A DNA stretch of 64,000 bases from a virus. Location: the IMG/VR virus record IMGVR_UViG_3300030060_007200, one strand, 5' to 3'. Shown in pieces: positions 18,239 through 27,927 of the stretch. The first letter of the stretch is position 1, and the number at the start of each line of letters is the position of its first letter. The notes beneath the pieces are model-generated. The model did no database searches. It had not been told where the DNA came from and worked only from the letters and a program-made list of their open reading frames with translations. The position numbers were made by a program, and so were the translations under genes.

Positions 18239-18398
18239 ATCTTATCTTTTATATACAGATTCGTCTGTAACTACATTTACAATTAGTCTAGTTACTGATA
18301 TACCTGCTAGTACTAATGCCATAGTTGTTGAACCTTCAATATATGTTCCTAATGCTATGGTCAATAGGTATATTGGTACTTCTAATATTCTTATCATC

Positions 18399-19196
18399 TT
18401 AATCATCTTTATTCTCCTTATATTTTAGGTAGTGCTCTTGTTGGTCTTTATCTACCTCTCTCTTTTTTACCTCTTCGAATATATCTCTGTATGATAGTGG
18501 ACTGCCTTGTGGCAATACAATATCGCTATCTACCTTATCAGGGTCTATATCTACATTATCGAAGTCTTTTAGATTTGTTGGATATCCTTCATCATCTACC
18601 TGTATACCTTCATATCCTTTGCCAAGCTTTTTAAGCCAATCCTTTGGCATTCTTTTATCTCTACCAAATACGTTACCAGATATAAGAAAATAACAATTAT
18701 AGCAAAGTATTTCCAAATTATCTATATCGTAATTCTCTCTATTACCATCTTTTTGTGATAACAATAATGGTATTTTACCATCTATTACTCTTGCGTGGTC
18801 AAAGCCACATGATTCACAACAATTAGGCTTTAATCCTGCATTAAACAATCTATCCTTCAAATGATTTAATGGATATTTTTCGTACTTACCATCAAGTACA
18901 TCTTCCAATTTTTGCTTGTGCCTACCTTTGTTGATTTTTCTAGATTTACCTCTTGGTATATACGTTTTTATTGTATTTGTTTCGTAATCCCAAGCTGAAT
19001 GTAATTCCAATAATGTTTTACCTGTTTCAGAATCTATATATGATTCTGCCCATTTCTTATATGTGTTGTATGATATACCTAGATATTTAGCCGCAGAAAG
19101 ATTAGAACGCGTTACTCTCATAGCATCTCGAATATCAGATTCAAGTACTATATAGCCTTTACGAGTTCTTTTTACCTTTGGCTTTAATGGCTTCAT
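18399..19196 (-). CDS. HTH plus HNH-like (Zn-binding) protein
   Basis: AAKYLGISYNTYKKWA HTH; CESCG...L..KDGNRENY..DNLEILCYNC HNH-like segment, with the catalytic His apparently lost. Confidence 0.65.
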   Translation of the reverse strand: MKPLKPKVKRTRKGYIVLESDIRDAMRVTRSNLSAAKYLGISYNTYKKWAESYIDSETGKTLLELHSAWDYETNTIKTYIPRGKSRKINKGRHKQKLEDVLDGKYEKYPLNHLKDRLFNAGLKPNCCESCGFDHARVIDGKIPLLLSQKDGNRENYDIDNLEILCYNCYFLISGNVFGRDKRMPKDWLKKLGKGYEGIQVDDEGYPTNLKDFDNVDIDPDKVDSDIVLPQGSPLSYRDIFEEVKKREVDKDQQEHYLKYKENKDD

Positions 19197-19321
19197 CTTT
19201 TGATTTTACCTTTTATTCTGTATACAACATAACTCAATATTGGTGTACCCATTAACAATGTTAATAAGCTTGGATGTGGTTCTCCACAAAGTCCTAGTGC
19301 GTGTCTTAAAAATTCTACCAT
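19193..19321 (-). CDS. Small membrane protein (42 aa, not in the ORF track)
   Basis: Manual translation MVEFLRHALGLCGEPHPSLLTLLMGTPILSYVVYRIKGKIKR; fills the gap between neighbours exactly. Confidence 0.6.
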   Translation of the reverse strand: MVEFLRHALGLCGEPHPSLLTLLMGTPILSYVVYRIKGKIKR

Positions 19322-19713
19322 TATCCCCAGTCTTCCATTCTATCGTATGAGTAGTCTACCTCATCAAATACCTCCTCATCGATTTTAATTTTACTCTTTC
19401 TCTCTTTATCAATTGTAGGTTGGTTATGAGGTAAATTTGTATCGTCCCCAACCATATTAACAATTGATGCCTGTACCTTTTTAGGTTTTTTATTATACTG
19501 CCTAGTCCAAAATTCAGATGTAAATGCGTTGTGATAGGCATCATATACTGTATCTGCAAATTGTAAATCAGGCCACTCTGGATTAACTACGTTTTTGCCA
19601 TTTGCCTGTATGGTATACCTACCACCTGTATATACGACTTTTGCTCCTTTGAACTTTCTTTGTACGACCTTTTTCATTTTTTGAAAATCAGCCTGTCTTT
19701 TTTCTATATTCAT
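19321..19713 (-). CDS. Hypothetical protein
   Basis: ORF track; probable start MNIEKRQ. Confidence 0.5.
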   Translation of the reverse strand: MNIEKRQADFQKMKKVVQRKFKGAKVVYTGGRYTIQANGKNVVNPEWPDLQFADTVYDAYHNAFTSEFWTRQYNKKPKKVQASIVNMVGDDTNLPHNQPTIDKERKSKIKIDEEVFDEVDYSYDRMEDWG

Positions 19714-19714
19714 A

Positions 19715-20179
19715 TTAGTTTCTTTTATTATCTTGTACGCCTCTTTGTAATTTATCAAACCTTTCCTTATCCTGCTCTGTCAATTTGCTATACCATCCTT
19801 GAAAATTACCTAATTTCATATCTTTGTATTCAGGAAATGCTTCGTATATAGTTCCAGTATAATCTTTTGATTCTCCTTCGTCCATATCCTCATCACCTTT
19901 ATCTGCACCGTGATATACCTCGTTTCCATAATCGCCAGCCTTTCTGCTTCTTATCTGGCCAGTGTCTGGATTACGTTCGTGTATTACTCCATCAAACATA
20001 CTGTTGATTTTTTCTACACCTCTATTCCAATTATCCTGGCAGTATTCCTGGTCATTAAGTCTAGCAAATTTGTCTTGTGTTATCGAAACCTGTACATAAT
20101 CTGTTACCGGATATGTATACCAATTTTTTATGTTACCGCTGATTGCGTCTTCTTTTTTTATCCAAATGTGTATTTTCAT
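19715..20179 (-). CDS. Hypothetical protein
   Basis: ORF track. Confidence 0.5.
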   Translation of the reverse strand: MKIHIWIKKEDAISGNIKNWYTYPVTDYVQVSITQDKFARLNDQEYCQDNWNRGVEKINSMFDGVIHERNPDTGQIRSRKAGDYGNEVYHGADKGDEDMDEGESKDYTGTIYEAFPEYKDMKLGNFQGWYSKLTEQDKERFDKLQRGVQDNKRN

Positions 20180-20180
20180 A

Positions 20181-20396
20181 TTAGTTTAATATTGTTTGTC
20201 TGTGAACATTTATATGCTCGATTAGTTTTTTACCAAAACGGCTTTCAATATCAACCTCTTCTGTGATATACCATTTGCCGTGTACATTAGTTACACTGTA
20301 TATGTTTTCGTATCCATCTGCATCTTTAAGATGTATGTCGTATACAAATCCATTTTCGTGTCCCATTCCGTTTGTAATTGTTAGTTCTGCTTTCAT
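20181..20396 (-). CDS. Hypothetical protein
   Basis: ORF track. Confidence 0.5.
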   Translation of the reverse strand: MKAELTITNGMGHENGFVYDIHLKDADGYENIYSVTNVHGKWYITEEVDIESRFGKKLIEHINVHRQTILN

Positions 20397-20401
20397 AATT
20401 T

Positions 20402-22375
20402 TTATTTAGTTGCGAATTTTTTATTAAGTGATTTAGTTAATTGATTAAGTTGTGTAACAGATATCATTTCTGCATCTTTACCGTACATTTTTTTGAAGTT
20501 TTCTCCATCACCACCATAACCACCAGTAACAAAGAAGCTTAGTACCTTGATACCTCTTGCCTTCATATTGTCAACCTGTGTTTTAGTGTGTTTTTGTGCC
20601 TGCTGTCCCCAGTAATTGATATTTTTGTTTTCAAAGTATGGTTCGCCGTCACTGAAATTGATAAAGTAACTGTCAACACCAGTACCATCAAGTATGTGAT
20701 TTTGTATAGCCTCAAAACATAATCCTTCAGGTGTTGTACCAGGGCAAGTAATGTATTTGAAAAGTTTTGTAATTTTTGTAATTTTATCTTTACGTGAATC
20801 GTAAGCAATAAATATAGCCGGTATAGTAACAGAGCCAACTTGTTCAGTGGTTCTGAATGAGATTACAATATCCAAATTAGATACCATAGATGCAGCTTTT
20901 GCAATAGCCACAGCTGATGTCATTGAATTGTACCATTTGTCACCAGACATAGAGCCTGAAGCATCGATTGAGATATGTGCAATACCTGGTTTGAATTTAT
21001 CGATAAATGTTTGGCTGAATACCTGTTCGCTGCCAAATCCTAGTGATGATATCATTCGCTTATCGATTTTACCTTTTCGAAGTCTTGTATATGTTAATGA
21101 ATTTGAATCGTTACGAACTTGAAGTTTTTTACCAAGCATTGTACCAAGTCTGATACCTTTTATAACTGATTCCTGATTTGCCTCTAATCTGTATTCGTAT
21201 TGATTAGCTGTAATTGTTTCGTAAATATTTGCATCGATAAGAGCTTGTGTAATATTTTTTACAACCAAGCAATCTGTACCAGTACCTTTTTGATAATAGT
21301 TTTTTTGAATTCCATTACCAACAGATTTTATTTCTGAACCAGATTCCTGTACCGCATCCACCTTTTTCTTATCTGATTTTGAAATTGTTTTCTTTTTAGT
21401 TTCGCCATCATTAAATTCGTTTTGCTTTTTGATTGCGTTTCGTAACTGATGTTTTTGAGAATTAGTTAAAGGATTTGAAGCACCAGATGAACCATTTTGA
21501 TTTTGGTTAACCTCGTTTCCATCACCTTCTTTGCCTTTACCATCATTACCTTCACCATCTTCATTATCTTCTTCGACAGGTTCCGGTATATAACTTTCAA
21601 CAATTTTGAATATTTGAAATGCAACATCCAATGAATCCTGAGTTGATTTTAATCTGTCAACATTTCTTAAATCCAATAATTTCCAGATATCGTTAAGGCC
21701 AGGTAAAGCATTTAGGTCACGATTAGGATTTGTTAAATTGATAATCCTAAACATGTAAGATTCCCAATCGTTGTTACGCATTTCATCTGATTTAAGACCT
21801 TTGTCAACAATTTTTGAATTGAAATATTTATCGTACATTGCCTGGTAATAACCTTGATAACCAGGTGCCGAACGGTAAACAAAACTATCGATTCGTCTAT
21901 CTTCTACATAATTAAGAAGAGATTTTACATGATTTCTAATATAATTACAAACAATCCATGTTTTATCCTCCAAGTCATCTGCATTTTTAGCATATTTATT
22001 AGCTATCATATCGAATATCTCTTGCGGAACTACATTAGGATTATCCATTAGATTTTTAAGAATTTTGAAGTCTGTAAGTTTACAGTGTGAACCTTCGTGA
22101 AGTGCCAAGCCAACCGTAGGGTCAAAGTCTTTTTCCTTGATGTTACCAGATATAACCACCTGTTTACCATCTGTAAAGCTTTCGTCCTTTGAAGAATATG
22201 TAACTGGTATAGATTGTCCAGTAACAATATTAACAAAGTTTCCAATAGCTCTTTTTGTAGCCGACATCTTTACGTAATCCTTGCCAGGTTTTATTGTTTC
22301 GCCTGTAAGAACATCGTAATTATCTGTGTCATCCATCCAGAAGCTTGAGTTGTTGTATTTTTGCCAGTTTGCCAT
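20402..22375 (-). CDS. Metallopeptidase-like plus vWA domain protein (CobT-like partner of the MoxR ATPase)
   Basis: GLALHEGSH and NYVEDRRID, acidic linker, MIDAS IDASGSM, GTTPE and FSDGEP. Confidence 0.85.
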   Translation of the reverse strand: MANWQKYNNSSFWMDDTDNYDVLTGETIKPGKDYVKMSATKRAIGNFVNIVTGQSIPVTYSSKDESFTDGKQVVISGNIKEKDFDPTVGLALHEGSHCKLTDFKILKNLMDNPNVVPQEIFDMIANKYAKNADDLEDKTWIVCNYIRNHVKSLLNYVEDRRIDSFVYRSAPGYQGYYQAMYDKYFNSKIVDKGLKSDEMRNNDWESYMFRIINLTNPNRDLNALPGLNDIWKLLDLRNVDRLKSTQDSLDVAFQIFKIVESYIPEPVEEDNEDGEGNDGKGKEGDGNEVNQNQNGSSGASNPLTNSQKHQLRNAIKKQNEFNDGETKKKTISKSDKKKVDAVQESGSEIKSVGNGIQKNYYQKGTGTDCLVVKNITQALIDANIYETITANQYEYRLEANQESVIKGIRLGTMLGKKLQVRNDSNSLTYTRLRKGKIDKRMISSLGFGSEQVFSQTFIDKFKPGIAHISIDASGSMSGDKWYNSMTSAVAIAKAASMVSNLDIVISFRTTEQVGSVTIPAIFIAYDSRKDKITKITKLFKYITCPGTTPEGLCFEAIQNHILDGTGVDSYFINFSDGEPYFENKNINYWGQQAQKHTKTQVDNMKARGIKVLSFFVTGGYGGDGENFKKMYGKDAEMISVTQLNQLTKSLNKKFATK

Positions 22376-22469
22376 ATAGTTTATGTTTAATGTTTTTGAT
22401 TTATACTATAAATCTACGCAATTTTTCCGATATATAAAAGGATTTTTGCATAAAGTTATTAACAAGTTA

Positions 22470-22721
22470 TTAACAATTTTTTCTAACAATATTGTAATTC
22501 CATAATTCACCACAATCTTCATCTTCATCTACAAGATTTAGCTGCAAACAAAGGTGATTAGGTAAAATTTCATTGACCTTTACTACATCAGAGTCTGATA
22601 ATTTTTGCCAATATCCGAATCTTAGTGTAAGTCCAGAATTATTACAACCAACCTGTATGTCATTACAGTCGAAGCGGTCTAGCTTGATTGTTGAAAGTGT
22701 TTGAATGTTTATTCTATCCAT
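22470..22721 (-). CDS. Hypothetical early protein
   Basis: Follows the repeated promoter at ~22740. Confidence 0.55.
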   Translation of the reverse strand: MDRINIQTLSTIKLDRFDCNDIQVGCNNSGLTLRFGYWQKLSDSDVVKVNEILPNHLCLQLNLVDEDEDCGELWNYNIVRKNC

Positions 22722-22953
22722 AGTTAATTTGTTTGATTTATACTATAAATCTACGCAATTTTTCCGACATAAAAAAATATTTTAGCAACTTTTTTTGTAA
22801 AATATGCTAATTTATATTCAGTCTAAATAAGCTTGAGGAAAGCTTTCTTTTTGTGCGTAAATATCATCTACATCTTCAACAGTATATGAAGTAGCATAAA
22901 TATATTCATATATTATTTCCACCTCTTCATTCAATGTAGTTGTTGTTACCCAA

Positions 22954-23148
22954 TCAATCATATTTATTCTCCACTGTTTTTCTTTTTAATGCGCATTTTT
23001 CCATAAGTTTTTTAGTTAATTCGTCACAGCCTTGCCATTTGCCAAATAGTACTCTAAAATTATGTATGAAATTATACGCACCTATTATATGCGAGCTGTT
23101 ATTACAGCTGTATATAACTCTTAGTGCTTTTGTGTATGCTTTTTTCAT
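22954..23148 (-). CDS. Hypothetical protein
   Basis: Probable start MKKAYTK just after the promoter motif. Confidence 0.45.
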   Translation of the reverse strand: MKKAYTKALRVIYSCNNSSHIIGAYNFIHNFRVLFGKWQGCDELTKKLMEKCALKRKTVENKYD

Positions 23149-23185
23149 AATACTAATATAACAAAATTTTCCGATATAAAAAAAT

Positions 23186-26100
23186 TTATTGAGGTCTATT
23201 TGAAAAACTTGTAAACTGTTGTTCGTTTTTATAAGCACCGCCTGAACCTGTATAATGTCCCATTACAGCAGAAGCTCTACCTTGAGGACTTCTACTTTCT
23301 AATTTATATTGGTCGAATGTCCAGCAATTTAGTCCAATAAATCCTACGTACAATCCGTTTTCTAACATCAACATTCCATCTGTCAATACACTACCTGAAT
23401 GGTTAGGTCCCCAATAATTTTTAGGATAGTCTGTTCGAACTTGATATGCGAAAGGTGTAAACTGTCCTTCTTGTTCTCCACATAAACCATTTTGTAATAA
23501 AAATTGAGCATTTGCCTGATTTGGTCCATATTCTGCCAAATGGTCAGGTGCGTGTGAAGGACTTACAACTCTTCTCTTTATACTTTTAAGTCGAACATAT
23601 CCACTAGTTTTGGTAGTTCCTGGTATTATATCAGCACATTTAATAAATCCAATTGAGTTGTTATTGGTATATGTTGAAACACTTGCACTAACATATCCAA
23701 GATGTCCTAATACTGGTGCAGAACCTGTAAAGTGATATAATTCATGAACAGATACAGCTCTTAAATCTTTTGGCCAATCTGCAGAGTCTGGAATAAGTGG
23801 ATGTATTGGTGTTCCTTCACTTGGAAATAAAGGATTGTATATATATAAATTTAGACCTCCAAGAGCTGAGAATTTATATCCATCTGTAAATTCTAAATCA
23901 AATACCTCATCATTTCTTACAGTTTTTAATGCTCTCCATGCAAATATTTCATTACACGTACATGTTGGCCGCTTTGAATAGTATTGCTGGTTATCTGCAA
24001 ACGTTACCCATCTTCCATAATGCTGTAAAGTTACCTCAACACCTCCACCACCTGAACCAAGAGTTGTTCCAAAATTACTCCAGAAATGTCCAGCAACTGA
24101 ATTGTCATCATTGAAGTCATGTATAACACCCATATCAAGGATGTTTGCACCCATTGGAGTACCTCCATTTATCATATTTTGTCTATTGTGGCCTCCATAC
24201 ATACTATTATTATGAGTCTGAGTTTGATAGCAACTTTCTCCACTTGCCAATGCTCTTGCACGAACAACAGAAGCAGTATACATAAATCGATATATATTTT
24301 GCTCTGAAGCTGAATCTAATAATTGATATTTTTGTAACATCTGTGAATCAAAAAACCCTGAATTCAATGGGTCGTTTTTCTCTACAGGTAATATTCTTTT
24401 AATTGAAGGGAAATATCCTAATGAATAAGGTACAGTATTATTTCCTGTATATGTTCCAAATGGGTCTGACGATATAAATGATGCTGTTGCAGCCGAACCT
24501 ACAAGATATACAAATAAACTTGAAGGATTACCTATTACTGCATCGTTTGCGCCATCTCCATTTGTATCGATTGTATTTGTATCAGGGTCTGTTTTTGTAA
24601 AATACCAAGCAACACCTGGAAATGTTGGAGGGCCGCCAAATGGAAACTTCCCTGCATTAAACGTTCCATTGTATTTATAATATGAAGGTCCTGTTTGTGC
24701 TCCCCATTCAGATATTGAATATGTCTGATTACTAAAGATTGTAACTGAAAAAGGTTTTGGTGTTCTTCTTGTGTGCTTAGGCATATTTATTTCCCAGCGC
24801 AATCCTATATGTTCCGGACCAGTTGTATGCCTGCTACTTCCTGTTGTAAAATGATTCATCTCAACAAACATGGATTCATCATGAAGAGGCCTTCCGTTAT
24901 CAGAACTAGAAGTATAAAATGCACCAAAGTTAGGTGAATTTGGGTCTTGATTTCTAGCCCAAGCTGGTTTCATTATTGCATACGCTATTTCACCACCCTG
25001 TCTAGGAAAAGACCATAATTCAGAATGTAATTGTGATTTCATATCGTGCGTACCTTGAAATAAATAAGATGCAGTTACGCCTGTATCTGCTATTTGCTTC
25101 CATAAATCCCAAGAAAACCTTATAGCTCTTGGATTATTAACATAGAATCCATTTACTGATTGTGAAAATCCACTGTTTATTAAATAAGCTGTTGTTGTTC
25201 CATCTGGATTGTCAAAGTCTGCACTAAATGTTGTATATCCTCTTGCACCTGGTATAACTACACTTCCTGTTCTAAACATTCCTTTTAATGGTTGAGTAGA
25301 ATGAGAATAAGGACGATAATGGTTAGGACTATAATCATATCCAGCAAATTCATCAGGATATTGAGTTCCTTGAGGATGGGTAATATCTACAGGAGGCTGT
25401 CCATCACCTGGTCTAGGTCCTTCATACCAAGCAAGTACTGTATTCTGTTGATTATGTATTCTTGAGCCAGAACAAAAAGAGCTAGTATATATTAACACAT
25501 CATTAGCTCCAACTGACCAAGAATAAGGAGCTCTCATATATGCAGCTTTGCCTAATAGTCCATGATATCCATAATAATTACCTCCACCTGAAGCAGACAT
25601 ATGAGGTGTTGGGTCCCAATGTTGAGCTGCTACTGCTTGATTAGCTCGTGAATGGTCCATAGTTCCCCAAAACTGGCCATAAAAATTAAGAGCTAGTGCT
25701 AATGATTCTGCCTTTGACCTTGTCCCTTCAGGCATCCAATCACCATTAACTTTAGTTGTGACCGTTGATGCTGTACTAAAATACATAGGTAAAAAGAATT
25801 CACCGCCAACATAATTTCCACTAACATTTCTTTTTACAATACTACCAAACGACTCCCAATCATCTATATACCATAGGTCCTTAAATAATTGTTTTCTATT
25901 CAAGTCCATAGTACTACCGACATCCATACCATATACAATATCACCTGAAGAATGTGTATACAGACCTGCGTGATATTGAACTCCATTTGAAACACCAGAT
26001 GCAGATGACATAGAAATATAAAATGCTATATTGTTACCACCAACACTTTGAAAAAGAGTTTCTAATTGAGTGCTCGCCTCATAAAAATAATTATCAACCT

Positions 26101-27124
26101 GTCTACCAGCAGGTAAATACGTAGGCCAGTTTTTCCACCAAGCACTAACAAATGTCATATTACCAACTGTTACTCCTCCTGGATGATGTTTTAATACTGA
26201 ACCTGAAGGTTCAAGAGAGTATATCGAATTAGGATATTGAGCATTATTTTCTAGTGTATTTATATTTCTTTCAAACTCAAAATGTTGTGATGCTGTAGTT
26301 TGGTAATTATTGTGAGGCCAATGCCATCCAATATCACCTGCGTTATATGGTCCATATCCACTACCTGTAGTCCATGCAGACATTGTAACTTTAACACCTG
26401 TTTTCATTACGTGTGTTGGTGTACCGTTAATATAAACCATATAATCATTTGTCAATACTTTACCTTTGTCATAAGGATATTGATATAATGCTGATGCTGT
26501 TCCTGATGAACCAAGACTTGAGGAATATCTATCATTTTTTATATGACTTAATACTCTATTTCCATAAGATGTAATTCGACTTGAACTTCTAAAAAATTCA
26601 AATATATCGTAGTTATGGTTTGAAGGATATGTTTTGCTATAATGCTTTGCGTGCTTAAAACCATTCAACCAATCTGTTCTTATACTTCCTGATACTTCTT
26701 TACAACCACAGTCATCATCGTGAAAATCTTCTGTTGTAAAATCAGGTGGTTGCAATCCAGCAGGTATATATGGTGTATTGTTACCTGCCAAACTCGCTAC
26801 TGTTCCATAACTAGCAGACCCCATATTTTGATACGTTGCCACAAATGAAGAGCTCATATTTTGCTCAATATCAAAGTTTATAGGTTGACCTATACCATGA
26901 CTTAATCTATCAAAATTTGTAAGAAATGGGTCACCGTGACCTCTTATCCAGAAATTAGTATTACCCATTAACGCTGCTTTCAAATGATATGCAACATTTC
27001 CAGGATATTGATATGTACCATTATCACTATAAACAAGTTGCTGATGAAGGTCTATATTAGACCAGAACAATAATTCTTCTGGAATTTGAGGATTCGCATT
27101 ACCTGCAGGTAAAAATGTTGCCAT
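23186..27124 (-). CDS. Large Ser/Thr/Gly/Asn-rich protein, probably virion/fibre; C-terminal Hint-like domain
   Basis: 1312 aa, beta-rich composition, many SGS/TGS/TAS/SAS motifs; C-terminus paralogous to the 27124-27825 protein. Confidence 0.55.
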   Translation of the reverse strand: MATFLPAGNANPQIPEELLFWSNIDLHQQLVYSDNGTYQYPGNVAYHLKAALMGNTNFWIRGHGDPFLTNFDRLSHGIGQPINFDIEQNMSSSFVATYQNMGSASYGTVASLAGNNTPYIPAGLQPPDFTTEDFHDDDCGCKEVSGSIRTDWLNGFKHAKHYSKTYPSNHNYDIFEFFRSSSRITSYGNRVLSHIKNDRYSSSLGSSGTASALYQYPYDKGKVLTNDYMVYINGTPTHVMKTGVKVTMSAWTTGSGYGPYNAGDIGWHWPHNNYQTTASQHFEFERNINTLENNAQYPNSIYSLEPSGSVLKHHPGGVTVGNMTFVSAWWKNWPTYLPAGRQVDNYFYEASTQLETLFQSVGGNNIAFYISMSSASGVSNGVQYHAGLYTHSSGDIVYGMDVGSTMDLNRKQLFKDLWYIDDWESFGSIVKRNVSGNYVGGEFFLPMYFSTASTVTTKVNGDWMPEGTRSKAESLALALNFYGQFWGTMDHSRANQAVAAQHWDPTPHMSASGGGNYYGYHGLLGKAAYMRAPYSWSVGANDVLIYTSSFCSGSRIHNQQNTVLAWYEGPRPGDGQPPVDITHPQGTQYPDEFAGYDYSPNHYRPYSHSTQPLKGMFRTGSVVIPGARGYTTFSADFDNPDGTTTAYLINSGFSQSVNGFYVNNPRAIRFSWDLWKQIADTGVTASYLFQGTHDMKSQLHSELWSFPRQGGEIAYAIMKPAWARNQDPNSPNFGAFYTSSSDNGRPLHDESMFVEMNHFTTGSSRHTTGPEHIGLRWEINMPKHTRRTPKPFSVTIFSNQTYSISEWGAQTGPSYYKYNGTFNAGKFPFGGPPTFPGVAWYFTKTDPDTNTIDTNGDGANDAVIGNPSSLFVYLVGSAATASFISSDPFGTYTGNNTVPYSLGYFPSIKRILPVEKNDPLNSGFFDSQMLQKYQLLDSASEQNIYRFMYTASVVRARALASGESCYQTQTHNNSMYGGHNRQNMINGGTPMGANILDMGVIHDFNDDNSVAGHFWSNFGTTLGSGGGGVEVTLQHYGRWVTFADNQQYYSKRPTCTCNEIFAWRALKTVRNDEVFDLEFTDGYKFSALGGLNLYIYNPLFPSEGTPIHPLIPDSADWPKDLRAVSVHELYHFTGSAPVLGHLGYVSASVSTYTNNNSIGFIKCADIIPGTTKTSGYVRLKSIKRRVVSPSHAPDHLAEYGPNQANAQFLLQNGLCGEQEGQFTPFAYQVRTDYPKNYWGPNHSGSVLTDGMLMLENGLYVGFIGLNCWTFDQYKLESRSPQGRASAVMGHYTGSGGAYKNEQQFTSFSNRPQ

Positions 27125-27825
27125 TAGTATGAACCTCCTGTTGGTGTGTGAAATATATATACACCATTTTCTAACATCATTGATGCTCTAATAACACTGT
27201 TTGAAAAAATATCTTGAGGATAAGTTGTTTCAGGAAAACCTGCCATCATTCCAGTACCTGAATTTATTGTAAAGTCTGCAACGCTTTCTACCTTAATACA
27301 GCCTGATGAAACATCTTGTGTTTTGCCATAAGATTGACATGCAACAACATATTCTCCTGCAGTAGGATTATCGAATTGAAGTCCAGTATTTTTTACTACT
27401 AACATTTTATTTCCTAGACCTAATGTTATTGCATAGCCATCTGCAAATGTATATGTATCAACAAGAGTTGTGTTTGTTGAGCCTTGATAATTTGTTACAA
27501 CAAATTTATCTAAACTAGTACATTCACAATTAGGTCTCTTAACCTGCACTCCTGTATTAACAGTTGCTGTAGCATTCGCAGAAGGATTTGCAACACCTGC
27601 TTGTGCTTGTAGTTGAGCAAATGTTGTTAATACACCTTCATGAGTAGCTCTAAAAGGTTTAATCGTAGGAAAATAAGAATATATCTGTCCATTTGCAGTA
27701 CCTGGTCCATAGGTAAAAGCAGCACTTGCAGCTCGTGTCACAAGAAGTTGTGAATTGTTAACAGGTGATTGACATCCTCCTCCTACTGGTGGTGGTCCTA
27801 ATTGTGTCGAAGCTCTTAACGCCAT
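27124..27825 (-). CDS. Paralog of the C-terminal region of the 1312-aa protein
   Basis: Shared YFP(S/T)IK, KRPxCxC, F(T/A)DGY and MLENG(L/V)Y motifs. Confidence 0.6.
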   Translation of the reverse strand: MALRASTQLGPPPVGGGCQSPVNNSQLLVTRAASAAFTYGPGTANGQIYSYFPTIKPFRATHEGVLTTFAQLQAQAGVANPSANATATVNTGVQVKRPNCECTSLDKFVVTNYQGSTNTTLVDTYTFADGYAITLGLGNKMLVVKNTGLQFDNPTAGEYVVACQSYGKTQDVSSGCIKVESVADFTINSGTGMMAGFPETTYPQDIFSNSVIRASMMLENGVYIFHTPTGGSY

Positions 27826-27927
27826 ATTTCATCTTCTAAATCTGTCTTTACTATTCTTGCTTTTAATTTTTGACCTGTTTCGCTTACCAAATATATAATA
27901 TATTCAGTGTCGTTTAATTTTTTAATT

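Larger units (their letters stand above)
11834..22475. repeat. Dispersed intergenic (AAG)TTATTAACA boxes, 10 co-oriented copies
   Basis: Copies at 11834, 11846, 13238, 13364, 15002, 16470, 16481, 16789, 22456 and 22467. Confidence 0.8.

Noticed and set aside
18399-19196. Mobile homing endonuclease or intron
   Set aside because: Free-standing, interrupts no gene and appears to lack the catalytic His; more likely a DNA-binding protein
15188-22375. Cobalamin biosynthesis (CobS/CobT) auxiliary metabolism
   Set aside because: No CobN or other cob genes; a generic MoxR/vWA pair explains the similarity
23186-24100. Active intein in the 1312-aa protein
   Set aside because: No C-terminal His-Asn followed by Cys/Ser/Thr and no clear N-terminal block; kept only as a degenerate Hint-like hypothesis
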